Source of the DNA: the human T2T-CHM13v2.0 reference genome, Homo sapiens
DNA length: 64,000 nt
Assembly: GCF_009914755.1 (NCBI RefSeq)
Contig: NC_060933.1
Direction: 5' to 3' (one strand)
The notes under the pieces are model-generated. The model was not told the origin of the DNA. It ran no database searches and saw nothing but the letters and a program-made list of their open reading frames with translations. Shown piece after piece: positions 25,901 through 40,160 of the stretch. Made by a program: the position numbers and the translations under genes. Each line of letters opens with the position of its first letter. Position 1 is the first letter of the stretch.

Positions 25901-26213
25901 GGAGACTATTATTCCAGGTGAAATAACTCAGGAATGGAAAACCAAACATCGTATGTTCTCAGTGATATGTGGGAGCTAAGCTGTGAGGACGCAAAGGCAT
26001 AAGAATGATACAATGGAGTTTAGGGACTTGGGGAGGTGGAAGGGGGGTGAGGGATAAAAGACAACAAATATGGGGCGGTGTATACTGCTCCGGTGATGGG
26101 TGCACCAGGTTTTCAAAAATCTCCACTAAAGAACTTACTTATATAACCAAATACCACCTGTACTCCAATAACTTACAGAAAAATAAAATTAAAACAAAAC
26201 AACAAAACAAAAA
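22929..26213 (+). mobile_element. L1PB1-like element with 5' inversion (22929-24497 antisense, 24498-26213 sense)
   Basis: ORF2 RT-region peptides on minus (23076..23540, 23846..24085); sense part starts at NAIPIKIPP and ends with an L1PB 3' UTR (CCACTAAAGAACTTACT...AAATACCACCTGTAC) and A tail. Confidence 0.92.
25661..25835. repeat. (TA)/(TACA)-rich simple repeat inside L1PB
   Basis: Direct reading. Confidence 0.9.
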
Positions 26214-26224
26214 CAGTAGGTAAG

Positions 26225-26629
<405 letters not shown>

Positions 26630-27239
26630 TCACCCTCACTGCTGCTAGGAAACATATAAATATATGGCCATCTGAGAGCTGAAAATAGTATCTCTTTTGT
26701 ATTTACTTATTTATGAGTGAAGTTAAGAACTTTTACTACCTTTATTAGCTATATTTGTTCCTATGAACTGTTCACTCATATCATTTATTAGGTTGTGTAA
26801 GTTCCATTAATTTCAAAGCCTTGTTAAAGTACCATGTTTAATGTCATTTCTTTCTTTCTTATAGTTCTCTATTTTTTTTTCCACATTGACCTATATGCCT
26901 ATGTTTTTTTCCTAGTTAAACAGCTTTCATCTATTTTATGTCAAGTGAAGCAAATTTCCTTTATTTTTTTCCTTATTGTCATTGCCTGGAAATCTTTCAG
27001 GAAATCATTAATATTGGGATTAAAATTATTATTTTTATACTCAAGATTCCTGAAATGTTTATATAAACAATGATTTTTCTTCTACTTTTCTGACTCATCT
27101 GCACTGGTGCATTATTGCAATCATGTCCCGGGAGGAAAATGAAGTTGAAGAAAATTCAACATCATCATAATAATTGGACAAATCAAAATATGTCACATCA
27201 GCTAGCCAAATGAACAGTAATACAGTACTCTGCTGCTCT

Positions 27240-27680
27240 CGTTGGAGTCAGACAAACCTGAGTTTAAGTTCCAGTTGTACTATTTAATAACTTAGTAACA
27301 AAGAGAGGATGACATCATCGCTTAGGTTTCAGATTTCCTTATCTGTAATATGGGCACAAAATATCTTGCTTGATAATATGGGAATTCAACAACCTTTAAA
27401 GGCAGCATCAAATACTGGTTAGGAGCTCATATCCTGAAGGCAGGCATCTTCTTTCAAATTCTAGTTCAAACTTCTACTTCTCTGAGTTTATATTAATCAG
27501 CACATCAAAACTTTGTCTCTAATAACTTCTAGCTCTTTGATCATGGTAAGAAATATATTTTCTAGTATCTTAATAACTTCATTTGCAAATTGAGGATAAT
27601 AGTGGTTTACTTTTTATTATTTAATAAATTAATAATTAAAAATGCATGATGCCAAATACTCAATAAATGTTAACTCTATT
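27240..27680 (+). mobile_element. Two adjacent MIR remnants
   Basis: GGAGTCAGACAAACCTGAGTTTAAG..; TTTCCTTATCTGTAATATGGG; CTTCATTTGCAAATTGAGGATAATAGT; ACTCAATAAATGTTA. Confidence 0.65.
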
Positions 27681-27719
27681 AATACTTGGCACTTATTTGA
27701 CATTTACATAGGTCATTTA

Positions 27720-27885
27720 AAAGGAAAAAGAAAGAAAGAAAGGAGAAACGGAGAAGGAAGGAAGGAGGAGAGAGAGAAGAAAGGAAGGAAGGACAGATAG
27801 ACGGAAGGAAAGAAGAAAGGAAGAAAGAGAAAGGGAGGGAGGGAGGGAAGGAGGAAGGAAGGAAGGAAAGAAGGAAGGAAGGAAG
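27720..27885. repeat. (GGAA)/(GA)-rich polypurine tract
   Basis: Direct reading. Confidence 0.95.
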
Positions 27886-28129
27886 TTAGTTAACGCCTAT
27901 CTTGGAAGAAAGCACTTTACACTGTTGTGATCTTTACTCATAAGTGCACTGTGAGAACTCTTCCTGATCCTCATACATGGAAGGAAGATGCATCTGTGAT
28001 CTAGAGACTCTGACCCTCTAGGCCAAGGAGATACCATGTGAGCAAAATATAATGGCCCAGAATCATCTCACTTACACATCTAAGAAAGACTTCAAATGAA
28101 GCCCATTTACTGTATTTTTCATACCCAAA

Positions 28130-28290
28130 GTAGCAGAATCATAGCTCATTGGAGTAGCACAATCATAGCTCATTCTCTCCCAGACTAGAGTGTGGTGGCA
28201 TGATCAATGGCTCACTGCAGCGTCAACCTCACAGGCTCAAGTGATCCTCTTGCCTCAGCCTCCCACGTAGCTAGCACTACAGGCATGACA
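28130..28290 (-). repeat. Tail-less Alu fragment that is a local copy of 29423-29562
   Basis: Shares the private junction TGGAGTAGCACAATCATA.CTCA.TCTCTCCCAG.CTAGAGTG and private variants (CTCACAGGCTC, AGCTAGCACTACA). Confidence 0.88.
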
Positions 28291-29354
28291 CATATAGTAT
28301 TAATACTTTCTTCTACCTGTTTCCAAAGACATTGTAAAAAGACAGTGAGTATGTGTGTGCATGTATTTGTGTGAAGGTGTGTGTGTGTGTAACAGGAAAA
28401 ATATAATATAAATCTCCTTCATTTGGGCAGATCACAGAGTCATTACGCATAAAAGGAGAGGAAATAATGTCAATTTGGATTTGTTTCAAACTACTTTTAT
28501 ACGGACTTACTCTTAAAGCGGCTAAAAATTAGTGCAAAGTTGCAAACAGGTAGCATATAGGTGTTTGAACAGGGCTATCATTTTTCCTTGTGTCTCATGC
28601 AGCTGTGTGCAAAGTGTTATGATTTCCACAACTCAGTTGTAGGAGTCTCAGTCCACTAAGTCAGAAAGTCTGTGGACTCATGTCTACACATGAAAAGTCT
28701 AAGTACTAAAATAACTGAAAACAAACCTTTTATCAGGCCATGTTTACCAGACTTCGTGTTAGGGTTACAGGCCTGGAAATTTTGGCTTCGTCTATGCAGT
28801 ATCACTCTCTTCTTATCTACATTCATGCGTCAGTGATGAGAAGTTTTTTTCTTTATGTCCACCCATGGGTTTTCTGTGGCCAGGCCTGACCACAGCTCAC
28901 CACAACTTCATACTCAATTTCTCTGCCCCAGCACATAGTTAGGCAATGTGTCATTGCACAGTAGGAATCCAAATCAAATAACTCTGAACAAAGTCTCTTG
29001 TGTAGGTGGATTCTATACTTGCTTTTGAACGTTAAAAAAGAAAAGGAAAAATATTGCTGAATGTGCCTCCTACCATTTTCTATAGCACTGACCTTCACAC
29101 CTGACCCAGATGGAAATAAAACATCCCTTACCTTTTTTTTAAATGCTTTAGAACACTATGTGACTAAAGAGGAAGTTTTGTGAGAATTATTTTTGCCACA
29201 GTCCTTACAGTTGAGAATGGCCCGAGTTTTATTTTGAAATCATCAGAGGATTTAATCATTAAATAATTGTTTACTATGGGACTTGGTTAACAGTAGGGAT
29301 AACTGAATGAAATGGTTAAGCAAAGAGCATATCTACACGGTTAAAACAGGACTA

Positions 29355-29578
29355 TTTTTTTCTTTCCTTTTTTTCTTTTTCAATTTTTTTTTTCTAACCT
29401 TGCTCTGTCACCCAGGTTGGAGTGGAGTAGCACAATCATACCTCAGTCTCTCCCAGGCTAGAGTGCAGTGGCATGATCAGTGGCTCACTGCAGCCTCAAC
29501 CTCACAGGCTCAAGTGATCTTCTTGCCTCAGGCTCCCAAGTAGCTAGCACTACAGTCATACACCACCAAGCCTGGCTA

Positions 29579-29613
<35 letters not shown>

Positions 29614-29727
29614 ACAGGGTCTCAGTATATTATGCAGGCTAATCTTGAACTTCTGGGCTTAAGCAATCCACCCACTTTGGCCTCCCAGACTGCTGGAATT
29701 ACAGGTGTGGGCCACCATGGCTGGCTA
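29355..29727 (-). mobile_element. AluJ with duplicated right-arm end and (TG)n linker
   Basis: Two successive CCCAGG.T.GAGTG segments (29411, 29452); TG repeat 29583-29609. Confidence 0.92.
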
Positions 29728-30189
29728 TTTTTTTCTTACATTTTTTAATGACCTTTCCACCACAAATGAAATTTACACATTATGTTTGATATTTATTTTA
29801 TTTAAGATGTCAGAGGATTAATATCTTAACATTTAATTTGGAAATATTATATATATAATATGTACATATATATTTGCATACCAAAGTACAAAAAATAAAT
29901 TGTCTTCAAGTGGACTGTATTATCGACTTTAAATTTGATCAACTTTAAATAAATTATGGTCCACAAGTACTATCACATGACAATTTTCTGATTAGCTGAA
30001 TACATATAGGACAGACATTAAAGGCTGTTAAAAATGCTATCAACCAACTTTGAAAGAGATCACTTCGTAATGTGAATTTAAAGTTTAAAATTTTAAGATG
30101 AATAAAACAATATCACTCCTAAAATAAAATAAGAAAACTCAGAAATTTGTTATAAGAATATCAAAATATCTTACAGAAATTAAGAAGAG

Positions 30190-30387
30190 AACCAGAGACA
30201 CTCGGTCCTACTTGAGGGTGGAGGGTGAGAGAAGGGTGAGGATCAAAAAACTACCTATCAGGTATTATGTTTATTACCTGAGTGGTGAAATAATCTGTAC
30301 ACCAGCCTCCCAAGACATGCAATTTATCTATATAACAAACTTGTGCATGTACCCCTGAACCTATAAAATAAACGTTTTAAAAAAAAA
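30190..30387 (+). mobile_element. Short L1PA15/16 3' end
   Basis: TACTTGAGGGTGGAGGGTG...AAAAAACTACCTATCAGGTA...CATGTACCCCTGAACCTA plus A tail; TSD AGAAATTAAG. Confidence 0.88.
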
Positions 30388-32384
30388 GAAATTAAGGGAA
30401 GGAATGCAGACAGCTGGGCATGAGATGTAACTCTGAGTCTAATAAGAATTTGCTTTCTGTCTCTTGATGCCTTTTCTACATGCCTACTTCATTCTTCTCT
30501 CTTCATTACATTCTTTGTTTTTCCAAGACCACATAGCCAAAGAAATTTGACAGTTTCTGAATTACACCAATTACAAAAACACAAACAAACTGAAAGATAA
30601 TTGGTTTGAGTTAGGAATAGGTTCCTGCTATGTCTAATCCACTGTGTAAGTGGATTAGAGGGTGGAAGTACACTATTTTTAATAAAAGAAAAGATAAAAG
30701 AAGTTCTTAGAGAAGTTAAGGCAGGTAGTGGTTATTGAAAAGGCAAAACAAGGTATATACACCATTTTATTATCATGGAGCTTCTTTCATGATCCCTTGC
30801 CTTGCTGTTCCCTCTTTAGTACTGTCTTCTAGGCAATCCATGGTCCCCAACCAAAAGCCTATCTTCTATATTTTTAAACAAAAAATAACTAGATCTGAAA
30901 ATATCCATTTGTTTGATCTTGTGTGTTTCTTCTTTAGAAATCGTATTTTATTCAGGCAAGGTGTCCATGAAGATATTAAAACTTCACTGGTACGCCTCCA
31001 TAGTCTTGACTCAGTGATTCTCATAATGCAAAGAACAGAATTATCTTTTTAAATAAAGCATTGCAAACACCTCCTAGATTTCATGGCTTAAATACCTGCT
31101 TAGTGAGGTCATCATTCAGATACAATCAATTTCATTTCAAACACAAGACAACTCTTTTACCCTAAGCAAATGCTTATGTGCATTTACATAGTCCCTTCTG
31201 GTGGCTATCATGGCTGCCTTGAATATCTTCTTTAAGGAAAATCCAGAATGTTCCTTTCCTATGTGAAGCCCCTTCATATATTTGAGTATTTTTAAAACAT
31301 GGAGGTAATTTGCTTTTCAGGTTTGTAAATTTAACTCATTCGATATGTCTGTAATATGTGGATGTTGCTTTGGTGGAGGAACTGGGGTGATGTCTGAATG
31401 AATGGGAAGGAAATTCTAAAGGGATGATCAATATAGAGTCAGAAGGAAATCAAGTTGAATACATTAAAGTGTGTCAAGACTCAACCTTCTTATGCTACAT
31501 TAAACACATTTACACAAGTAAAAATAAGTATTTTAGAACTTCCATTAAGACTCCATGAAGAACTAATGGAATGTTAAGCTAAAAATATCAAGGCTATTAA
31601 ATCAAATGCACATGACACGAAGCCTGTTTGAAATAGTTGATACTATCAACATACGTAAATTCACTAATGCTAATTATTAAGTGTGTTCTAGACACCACTA
31701 TATCCCCCAAAACTTAACATGTCCTCTGGTAAATAATAGATATTTAATAAAAATGTGAATGAATAAATAAGCAAACACGAGGTATAAGATACTTCATATA
31801 AATGTGAAGACGGAGAATAGTGACTTTGAAGATTCAATCATTATATCTAGAGACTTACTTGTAATTATGATTTTAGAATGAGCCTATTGAAGTGTAGTTT
31901 TCTGAGCTTAGAAGCAGAAACAATATAACTTATTTGACAAAGCAAATACATTTTTTCAGTGATTTTTTGGGGCACACAAGAATGACACAAGGATCATTTT
32001 AAACTAAGATATCAGTAACTACCTTTTGGCTCCCCCTAGGGTATGAACTAGAAATATAAAGTTACTTGGAGTACTTGTGCTGGGGAGAGACAAAATGTAG
32101 TAGTTGAGTCATGAATGAGTTAATTAAAGCCTGGGCCTCTACGATGAGCAAGAGTATGTAATGCTATTATAAAGGAAGTAATGTGCATGATGGTTTGAAA
32201 TTTTCAACAATAAGGGATTTTTCAATGTGACTCTATTGGAAAGTTACTTATTCTCTCAACCATAGTAGCAATGGAGGGTGAAGATTCAGAGACAAAAAAA
32301 GCAGCTTTATAAGAAGCATAGAAAACGGAGTAGTGAGAAAGGCAGTGAAGTAATTCAAATCCCTGCACTCATTTAATTTTCAGT

Positions 32385-32568
32385 TCTTTTTATTATAATT
32401 ATTATTTTAATTGACACATAATACCTGCATATGTTTATAGGGTACAGTGTGATAGTTCATGTATGCCACACGTAATGTCCAAATCCAAGTAATAAGCATA
32501 TCTGTCACCACAAACATTTTTCTTAGTGTTGAGAACATTCAAAATCTTCTCTTCTAGCTATTTTTATT
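32385..32568 (-). mobile_element. L1MA 3' end fragment
   Basis: TTTTAATTGACACATAAT...GGGTACAGTGTGAT...GAGAACATTCAAAATCTTCTCTTCTAGCTATTT. Confidence 0.8.
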
Positions 32569-33336
32569 TCTAATTCTAACCAAAATTTTAAAAATAGTCC
32601 TTAACATAACTAAACAACTGAATCACTCTTAGAGTTTGAGGACCTGTTTATGTATTGTTTGCTAAATTCATTTATGTTTCTTCATTTAATCTTCATAACT
32701 ACTCTGCTTGCCAGTTATTTATATCTACAGCAGCATAATTCAATTATGTTTTAACTCATACTCCTTTTTCCATTACTAAATACTGATTGAGAGCTTTGAA
32801 ACCAGACCTCCTTCTTGAGAAATAGTCTTTTTTTCAGAATGTGTTGTTGGGATTTACAGTTGTCTTGACAAGGTACGGACCTCCATAAGGATAACTATAA
32901 TTTCACAAATAGTTCTCTAATGGGTTATTAGGCACTTTCTAAGCTCATTTAGTCAAAAACTGTGTTTGTTGCTGTATTTGTGTTAGAAATAAATTTAATT
33001 ACAGTTCAAAGAGTTTGTACAAAAAAGAAGAAAGCAAATTAAATGCCAGTTTAATTTTCATGGCCTCTAAGTTAGCTGGCTTTTTTTAAAAAATAATTTT
33101 GGTATGGTAGCTACGCAATATTCACAACTATTCTTACTAGGGCTCTTTATTGTCCTTTAATTTCTGTAGGACTTAAATTTTAATAAGACAAATATAAAAA
33201 ATTATCTGTATTTTTTCTGTGGAAGATATAAATAATATTTTAAAACTTGCACGAGATTCAGGAAAATTTATGGAGATAGTAATGTGCATTAATTAATTGA
33301 ATTGTAAGCTCTTAAGCTGCCTTTTCTCTTCTAAAC

Positions 33337-33467
33337 TGCTCACTTTCATTGGTACTTCATTTGAAAATTGGTGCACATTCTAGTTCATATGAATTTGCTC
33401 ATTTTCATTGGGACTTCATTTGAAAATTGACTATATTCAAGGTCCAAACTCTAGTTCATATGCATTT
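33337..33467. repeat. Imperfect tandem duplication, period ~59 bp
   Basis: TGCTCA.TTTCATTGG.ACTTCATTTGAAAATTG...TCTAGTTCATATG.ATTTG occurs twice. Confidence 0.85.
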
Positions 33468-33568
33468 GGTTAAATCCATCAGCAAATTCTATTTTCTTGG
33501 TCACAGTGAAATGTGACTGTAGCCAGTTCAATCAGACTGAACATCAGAACTTTGTGTAGGAGTTCTAA

Positions 33569-33909
<341 letters not shown>

Positions 33910-34367
33910 TGAACCATTACTTGCAAGCAAAGGCATTTAAACTGATTCAGAATTTGATAAACAAAGGGAAATAAAGATTGACAATAAGAGATCTTGAAAT
34001 TTGAATAAAGTAAACTAAGGGGGTAGAACAAAGGGTAGTAAGGATTTTCCACACTCCCCAACTCCCAACGCTACCCTATACCCTTGCAAACTGAAACTGG
34101 AAATCCTTACTACATGTTAGTGAAACAGCTGTGAATCTGTAATCTATAGTACACCAAGATGCAGATCTTGCATCTACTCGGCCTGCAAAAGTAGTTGAAG
34201 CAGGAAAATGTCATAAAGTCTGTGTTAGCTAATCATGCAGCTTTCAGTAAATCCTAAAATAAACAAGCTTTTCTGAAGCCAACTCATCTGAAGGAAAACA
34301 ATAAAAATAATAGAGGTTTGCTAAAAAGAAACCACTTTTGCCTGTGGGTTGCAAATAAAAGAAAATA

Positions 34368-35595
34368 ACCGGCCATATGCAGAAAACTGAAACTGGACCC
34401 CTTCGTTACACCTTATAAAAAAATAACTCAAGATGAATTAAAGGCTTAAACGTAAGACCAAAAACCATAAAAACCCTAGAAGAAAGCCTAGGCAGTACCA
34501 TTCAGGACATAGGCATGGGCAAAGACTTCACGACTAATTTTGGCAACAAAAGCTGAAATTGACAAATGGGATCTAATTAAACTAAAGAGCTTCTGCACAG
34601 CAAAAGAAACTGTCATCAAAGTGAACAGGCAACCTACAGAACGGGAGAAAATGTTTGCAATCTATCCATCTGACAAAGGGCTAATAATCAGAATCTACAA
34701 GGAACTTAAACAAATTTACAAGAAAAAAAATACATCCCCATCAAAAAGTGGGAGAAGAATATGAACAGACACTTCTCAAAAGAAGACATTTATGCAGCCA
34801 ACAAACATACGAAAGAAGGTTTATAATCACTGGCCATTAGAGAAAGGCAAATCAAAACCACAAGGAGATACCATCTCATGCCAGTTAGAATGTCGATCAC
34901 TAAAAAGTCAGGAAACAACAGAAGCTGGAGAGGATGTGGAGAAATAAGAACGCTTTTACACTGTTGGGAGTGTAAATTAGTTCAACCATTGGGTAAGACA
35001 GTGTGGCAATTCCTCAAGGATCTAGAACCAGAAATACCATTTGACCCAGCAATCTTATTACTGGGTATATACCCAAAGTTTTATAAATCATTCTACTATA
35101 AAGACACTTGCACACGTGTGTTTATTGCAGCACTGTTCACAATAGCAAAGATTTGGATCCAACCCAAATGTTCATCAATGATAGACTGGATAAAGAAAAT
35201 GTGACACATATACACCATGGAATACTATGAAGTCATATAAAAAGGATGAATTAATGTCCTTTGTAGGGACATGGATGAAGCTGGAAACCATCATTCTCAG
35301 CAAACTAACACAGGAACAGAAAACCAAACACCCCCTGTTCTCACTCACAAATGGGAGTTGAACAATGAGAACACATGGACACAGGGAGGGGAGCATCACA
35401 CACCAGTGCCTGTCAGGGGGTGGGGGGGCTAGGGGAGGCATAGCATTAGGAGAAATAACTAATGTAGATGACGGGTTGATGGGTGCAGCAAACCACCATG
35501 ATACGCGTGTATCTATGTAATGAACTTGCACGTTCTGCACATGTATCCCAGAACTTAAAGTATAATAATAATAATAAATAATAATAATAATAAAA
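34368..35595 (+). mobile_element. 5'-truncated L1PA7/8-like element
   Basis: ORF2 C-terminus ([16 protein letters not shown]; ORFs 34540.. and 34878..), 3' UTR, (AAT)n tail. Confidence 0.93.
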
Positions 35596-38500
35596 CATTG
35601 AGGACAACGTGCTGAGAGGAAGATAGTTCTCTAAGGTGGGAGTTTTGGTCTGTGATGACAAAACACTGCATTAAAGTTTCTCGTGGGTTTATTCAGGACA
35701 AAGACAGTGTTGATAAGGCCCTTATGTGGCTGCAGAGTAGCTTTTACCAAAATGATTCTACTATTGTCTCTCAATTGAAATGAGTAAGGGAAGAATAACA
35801 AGAAAAACACATACAACTGAATTATTTATTTTTGGTAATGTGTGTTTTATACCTTCTAGGAGTTTTTTTCAAGGGTATGGCTAATCATTGCAAAAGGAAT
35901 ACTTTCCTCTGTCAATCAACCATTCAAGACGTACAGACATAAATGAAATTATAAAAGTGTTGCCTGATTTCATTATTTTTAAAAGACCCCCTCTTTTTTG
36001 ATATGAGTATCCATGAGTGATCAAGTAAGATTTTTTTTAAAATTGTTTAACATTTACCTCTGTCAAAATAGATTTTAATTAAATTTAAATTCTGATTTTT
36101 TAAAATAATGAGCCAAATAAATATTGACTCAGAACAGAAGATATGGTTGTTTTAAAGGGCTTGACCTAAATTAACATCAAGCTTTTTGAATTTCTTGGTA
36201 ATTTTACTCAATATCTAAGTCAACGTATCAATCTCTACCTGTGCCTATATCACATATATCAAAGTTACCATTTTTACAAATGGCACTAATCCAGCTGTCA
36301 TGCTGCTTATTGCATGAGCTCTCATCCATAGAGTTCTTCAGCAAGTCTCAGCAGGATCCACTGATTTCTAACTTTTGCCAGATCCCCTGCAGATTAACTG
36401 GTGAACTATGGGAAGTCTGTTTTGAATCCCGAGTAATACTGAAGGTGATTGAACTCTTTATGAAAATAGCTACCTGCTTTCTTCGGTTTCAGCAAGGAAC
36501 ATGTAGAGTATAGTATGATAGTGAAGAGTGATTTCCTCATATATATATTTGTTGTCAAAATTTTCTCCAGTTGGTATTATATATATATGAGAAGTTCAGC
36601 AGCTAAGTACCAAAAAATCAAAATAAAATACCTTAAAATAACGCTTATTGTAAATTTAAAAAATAGTCTCAACAGCATGTGTTTGATTTCCTAGATGGGT
36701 GCATACCTGCCTGCATGTCGTATCTTTTCTTAAAAGATTTGCACATCTTAATAATTTATCTTTCTTTTGTATTCTCTGCAACATACTGGTATTAAAATTG
36801 TCTCTTTTAATAATTTTGTTTGCAAATCACCTTTTGTTTCTGGAAATGTAATAAAAATAGACAGTAATTCCAGTACCATGAATAATAATAGGTATTTCAG
36901 CTTATGAAAACATATCATCAGGAATTGCAGTTTCTAGTTTTTTCTATGAAGGCTATTCAAAAGACTCACAAAACATATTCCAAATATCTTGAGAAAATGT
37001 AATAGCTATCAATAGATAGTTTAAGCATTTCTAAATTTATTCATTTGCAGAAAAAAAAATGATACAGGAGCACATTTTGCACAATGTAGTATGAAAAACA
37101 TCTACTGTATAATTTATATCATATTTATTATTGCATATTGGAATATAGCTTTGGTTTCTTTCTTATTGTGGATTTTTACAAGAAATAAAAGGAGTCACAT
37201 TCTTGAGGAAAGTGGATAGTAGCAAGAGCTTTTTAAGCAATGATTTGTGTAAAATGGCTTATTTTTGAAGAAAGAATATTTAGGATATAGTGTTATTTCC
37301 CTGAAGCTAAAAAAACAAACCTGGTGTTTCTAATAAACATCGTCAAAATCTAGTTATAATTACTAAATGTGTTTTTAACCTTCTTTTGCCTTTTTGCCTC
37401 ATGTTGACCATTATAATAATTATCCTTGTTTTACATAACATACCTAAGATCAATATCTGGATTAATCAATTAACTTTCCTAATTTACAGATTATTTTCTT
37501 AAATCTGCCATTTCACAATTAAAGTCCATTAGTATTTGGCTTATTTGTTTTTGTATTTGCCTTTGCTAAAATCAATAAATGTTGGATGGAGAAATGACTC
37601 AATCTGTCTGATTAAAAAAATAAATACTTTGTCCGCAAGTATTATCTATCACTACCAGTAGTAAAAGAGTACACTCAAATATATCATTTTAGTTTGATTA
37701 AAGACTAATTTTAATTTTTCTTGTTGTATTTACATGCACCATTTTTGGATTAAGTAATTTAAACTTGGTTTAAAACAACAAAGTTCATAAATAAAATAAC
37801 CAATTCCTAGATTTATAGTATGTTAAGTATTTAAGACTTAGCAATGGTTCTGGCATCAAAGGCTGTCATAGTCAATCATGATCGACCCAACCAATATAAG
37901 AGGATTTTGCTAAAGATATAACTTGTGTTCTTTTTTTCAGGGATCTTTTCTTTATGTTATAAGGAGTTCTTCATTAATTTGGGGTGTTATAAATATGTCA
38001 AAAATAGTAGATACTAAGTGCTCATCACACACACTGGTGTGAGTTAGGTACAATTTCTTTAATATATCCTATCATCCATCAGAAATAGGTGACATATTAT
38101 TTTAATTGCAGGTTCATGCTGACATTCGTTCTAGCCTCATTCTCATTAGAAAAAAAATAATGCAAAAGTAATGACTAGGAAACATCTTTCAGTTCTGATG
38201 AAATTCTCGCTTTCACTTCATTTCCCATCAGCTCTAAACACGAAGTGAAGCCCATGTTAGCTATGTCCTGATCTGATCACTTTATTGCTATGTTGGTTGC
38301 AACTCAGTTAAAATTGCTCCAAATACAAATTGTAATGCCTTTTTAAATCAAATCCAAATTTTAATGCTTTTAAAATACTCCTTTGTTTGTGTTGTTATTG
38401 TTCTTTTTGCTCCTACCAAAATTTATTCAAAAGCTACAGCTTTCAAATAGCAGTTTTCTCACATACCTAGGAAACTGGCATTTCTCATACTGACTATATA

Positions 38501-39749
38501 CTTTCATTTCCTATTTTTAAGGATTCTATGTGTAAAAGATGAAGGCTCTTTTAACTTCATTTTCTATATGCAATAGTAATCTAAAATGTATGAAAGACAA
38601 TTTGGCAAGGTTATTTTATTAAGACATCCTTTTGAAGGGGCAAGTTGGACTTCCATCTTAAGCAATCATATTAATTAGTTTTCTAGTGAATATTGTTCTA
38701 TTATGTATAATACATTATTGATCCATATTATGTACCAAATGTGTGTTGACAGTGAAAACTGTATAGAAACATGAGTATTACTACAATTATTAGTTAATGT
38801 GTGCTAAAATTAAGAATAATGGTATATCTTATTTGGTTATAAATGCAATATAGAAGTTCCATTTAATCCTTTCTATATGTGGAATAACAAAGTAGAAATG
38901 AAATAAAATGACAACCTAGGCAAAACTGACCAGATGCTGAAAGCAGATGGAGAACTTAAAGGAAAGTATTAAAAGAGCAGGTTTATAATGCTACAGCTGG
39001 TGATTAAAATATCTCACTATCTAATCAGGCAATAGCATCTGGCCTGCTGCAATTCAGAGGTTTTCAAACAGTAGGGACCACAATTTAATTTAATTATCAA
39101 AATTGAATTTGTAAAGCTAGCCAATGAGTAGAAATTCAGAAGACCCTGCCACAGTATCCCCCAACTTTTCACGATAAGAAATTAAACATAATAAAACATG
39201 CCTTTTGATAATTAGACTCCATATATTGCAAAACTAAAGTTTGATAAAAGTTTAATCAAACTCAGTGGGTGTCATTAAAAAGGCAATAATCAAATGATTA
39301 CATAAATAATAACAAACTTCTGCATTTCCCTCAAATTGTCTAAGGAAAAAACAGATAAGTTGTAATTTGAGGAACAACAGGCAGAAATATGCAGCATTAA
39401 AATTATCTAGATCAAAATTTTAAAAGCTATGATGCCCATGATTATTTCTATCTCCATTTTAATTCACAATTTCTGTATTTTCTATTAATTTGATAAAAAT
39501 AATGAAATGAAAGAGTTGATGACTCAGTAATATTAACATGAGAGAGATTAACATGCAAAAACATTTTTGTTCTGGAAAACCAAAAATAATTATTGGTAAC
39601 ATTATATCTTTAACTAGGAGAAAATAGTATCCCATAAATTATATTACATCTCTCCTTAAATCTTGCTGTAGTTCTCAATTGATTCAAAGCTTATCTCCAA
39701 AGACTTAACTGTTATAGAAATAGTCTTTCTGCTTCTGGTCCCAGCCTAT

Positions 39750-40160
39750 CTAACCTCATCAACCAATGCATCCTTCCATGAATGGTAAATTTGATATACA
39801 TTGAGTTATAATTACACAAGAATATCATCTGCTCTCACTTCTTTATACTATTATCTATAGTTTCTAAGCTTCTCTCATATCCATCAGCTTTATGATCCCC
39901 TCCACTCTTCATAATGCAAGCCCAACTATAGTTCCTGAGAAAATCCCAACTGGAGCTGATGACTCCTACTTTTTCTCCATTCTGTTACTTATCACTGATC
40001 ATTAACTTTACTTACTTAAATACATATTACTGCCTAGAGATTGCTAACACCTGAGGAAATTGAAATACTTTCATAGAGAATTATATTTCAAAAGCCTAGT
40101 TTATGGCCTGACATTTACTATGCTTACAATGTATGTTCCATATGTTAATAAATCAATTAT
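39750..40160 (+). mobile_element. L2 remnant
   Basis: Ends GCCTAGTTTATGGCCTGACAT...ATGCTTACAATGTATGTT...AATAAAT. Confidence 0.45.

Noticed and set aside
36241-36513. 90-aa ORF in non-repeat sequence
   Set aside because: Starts at GTG, has no recognisable domain and no convincing splice pair; this length is expected by chance
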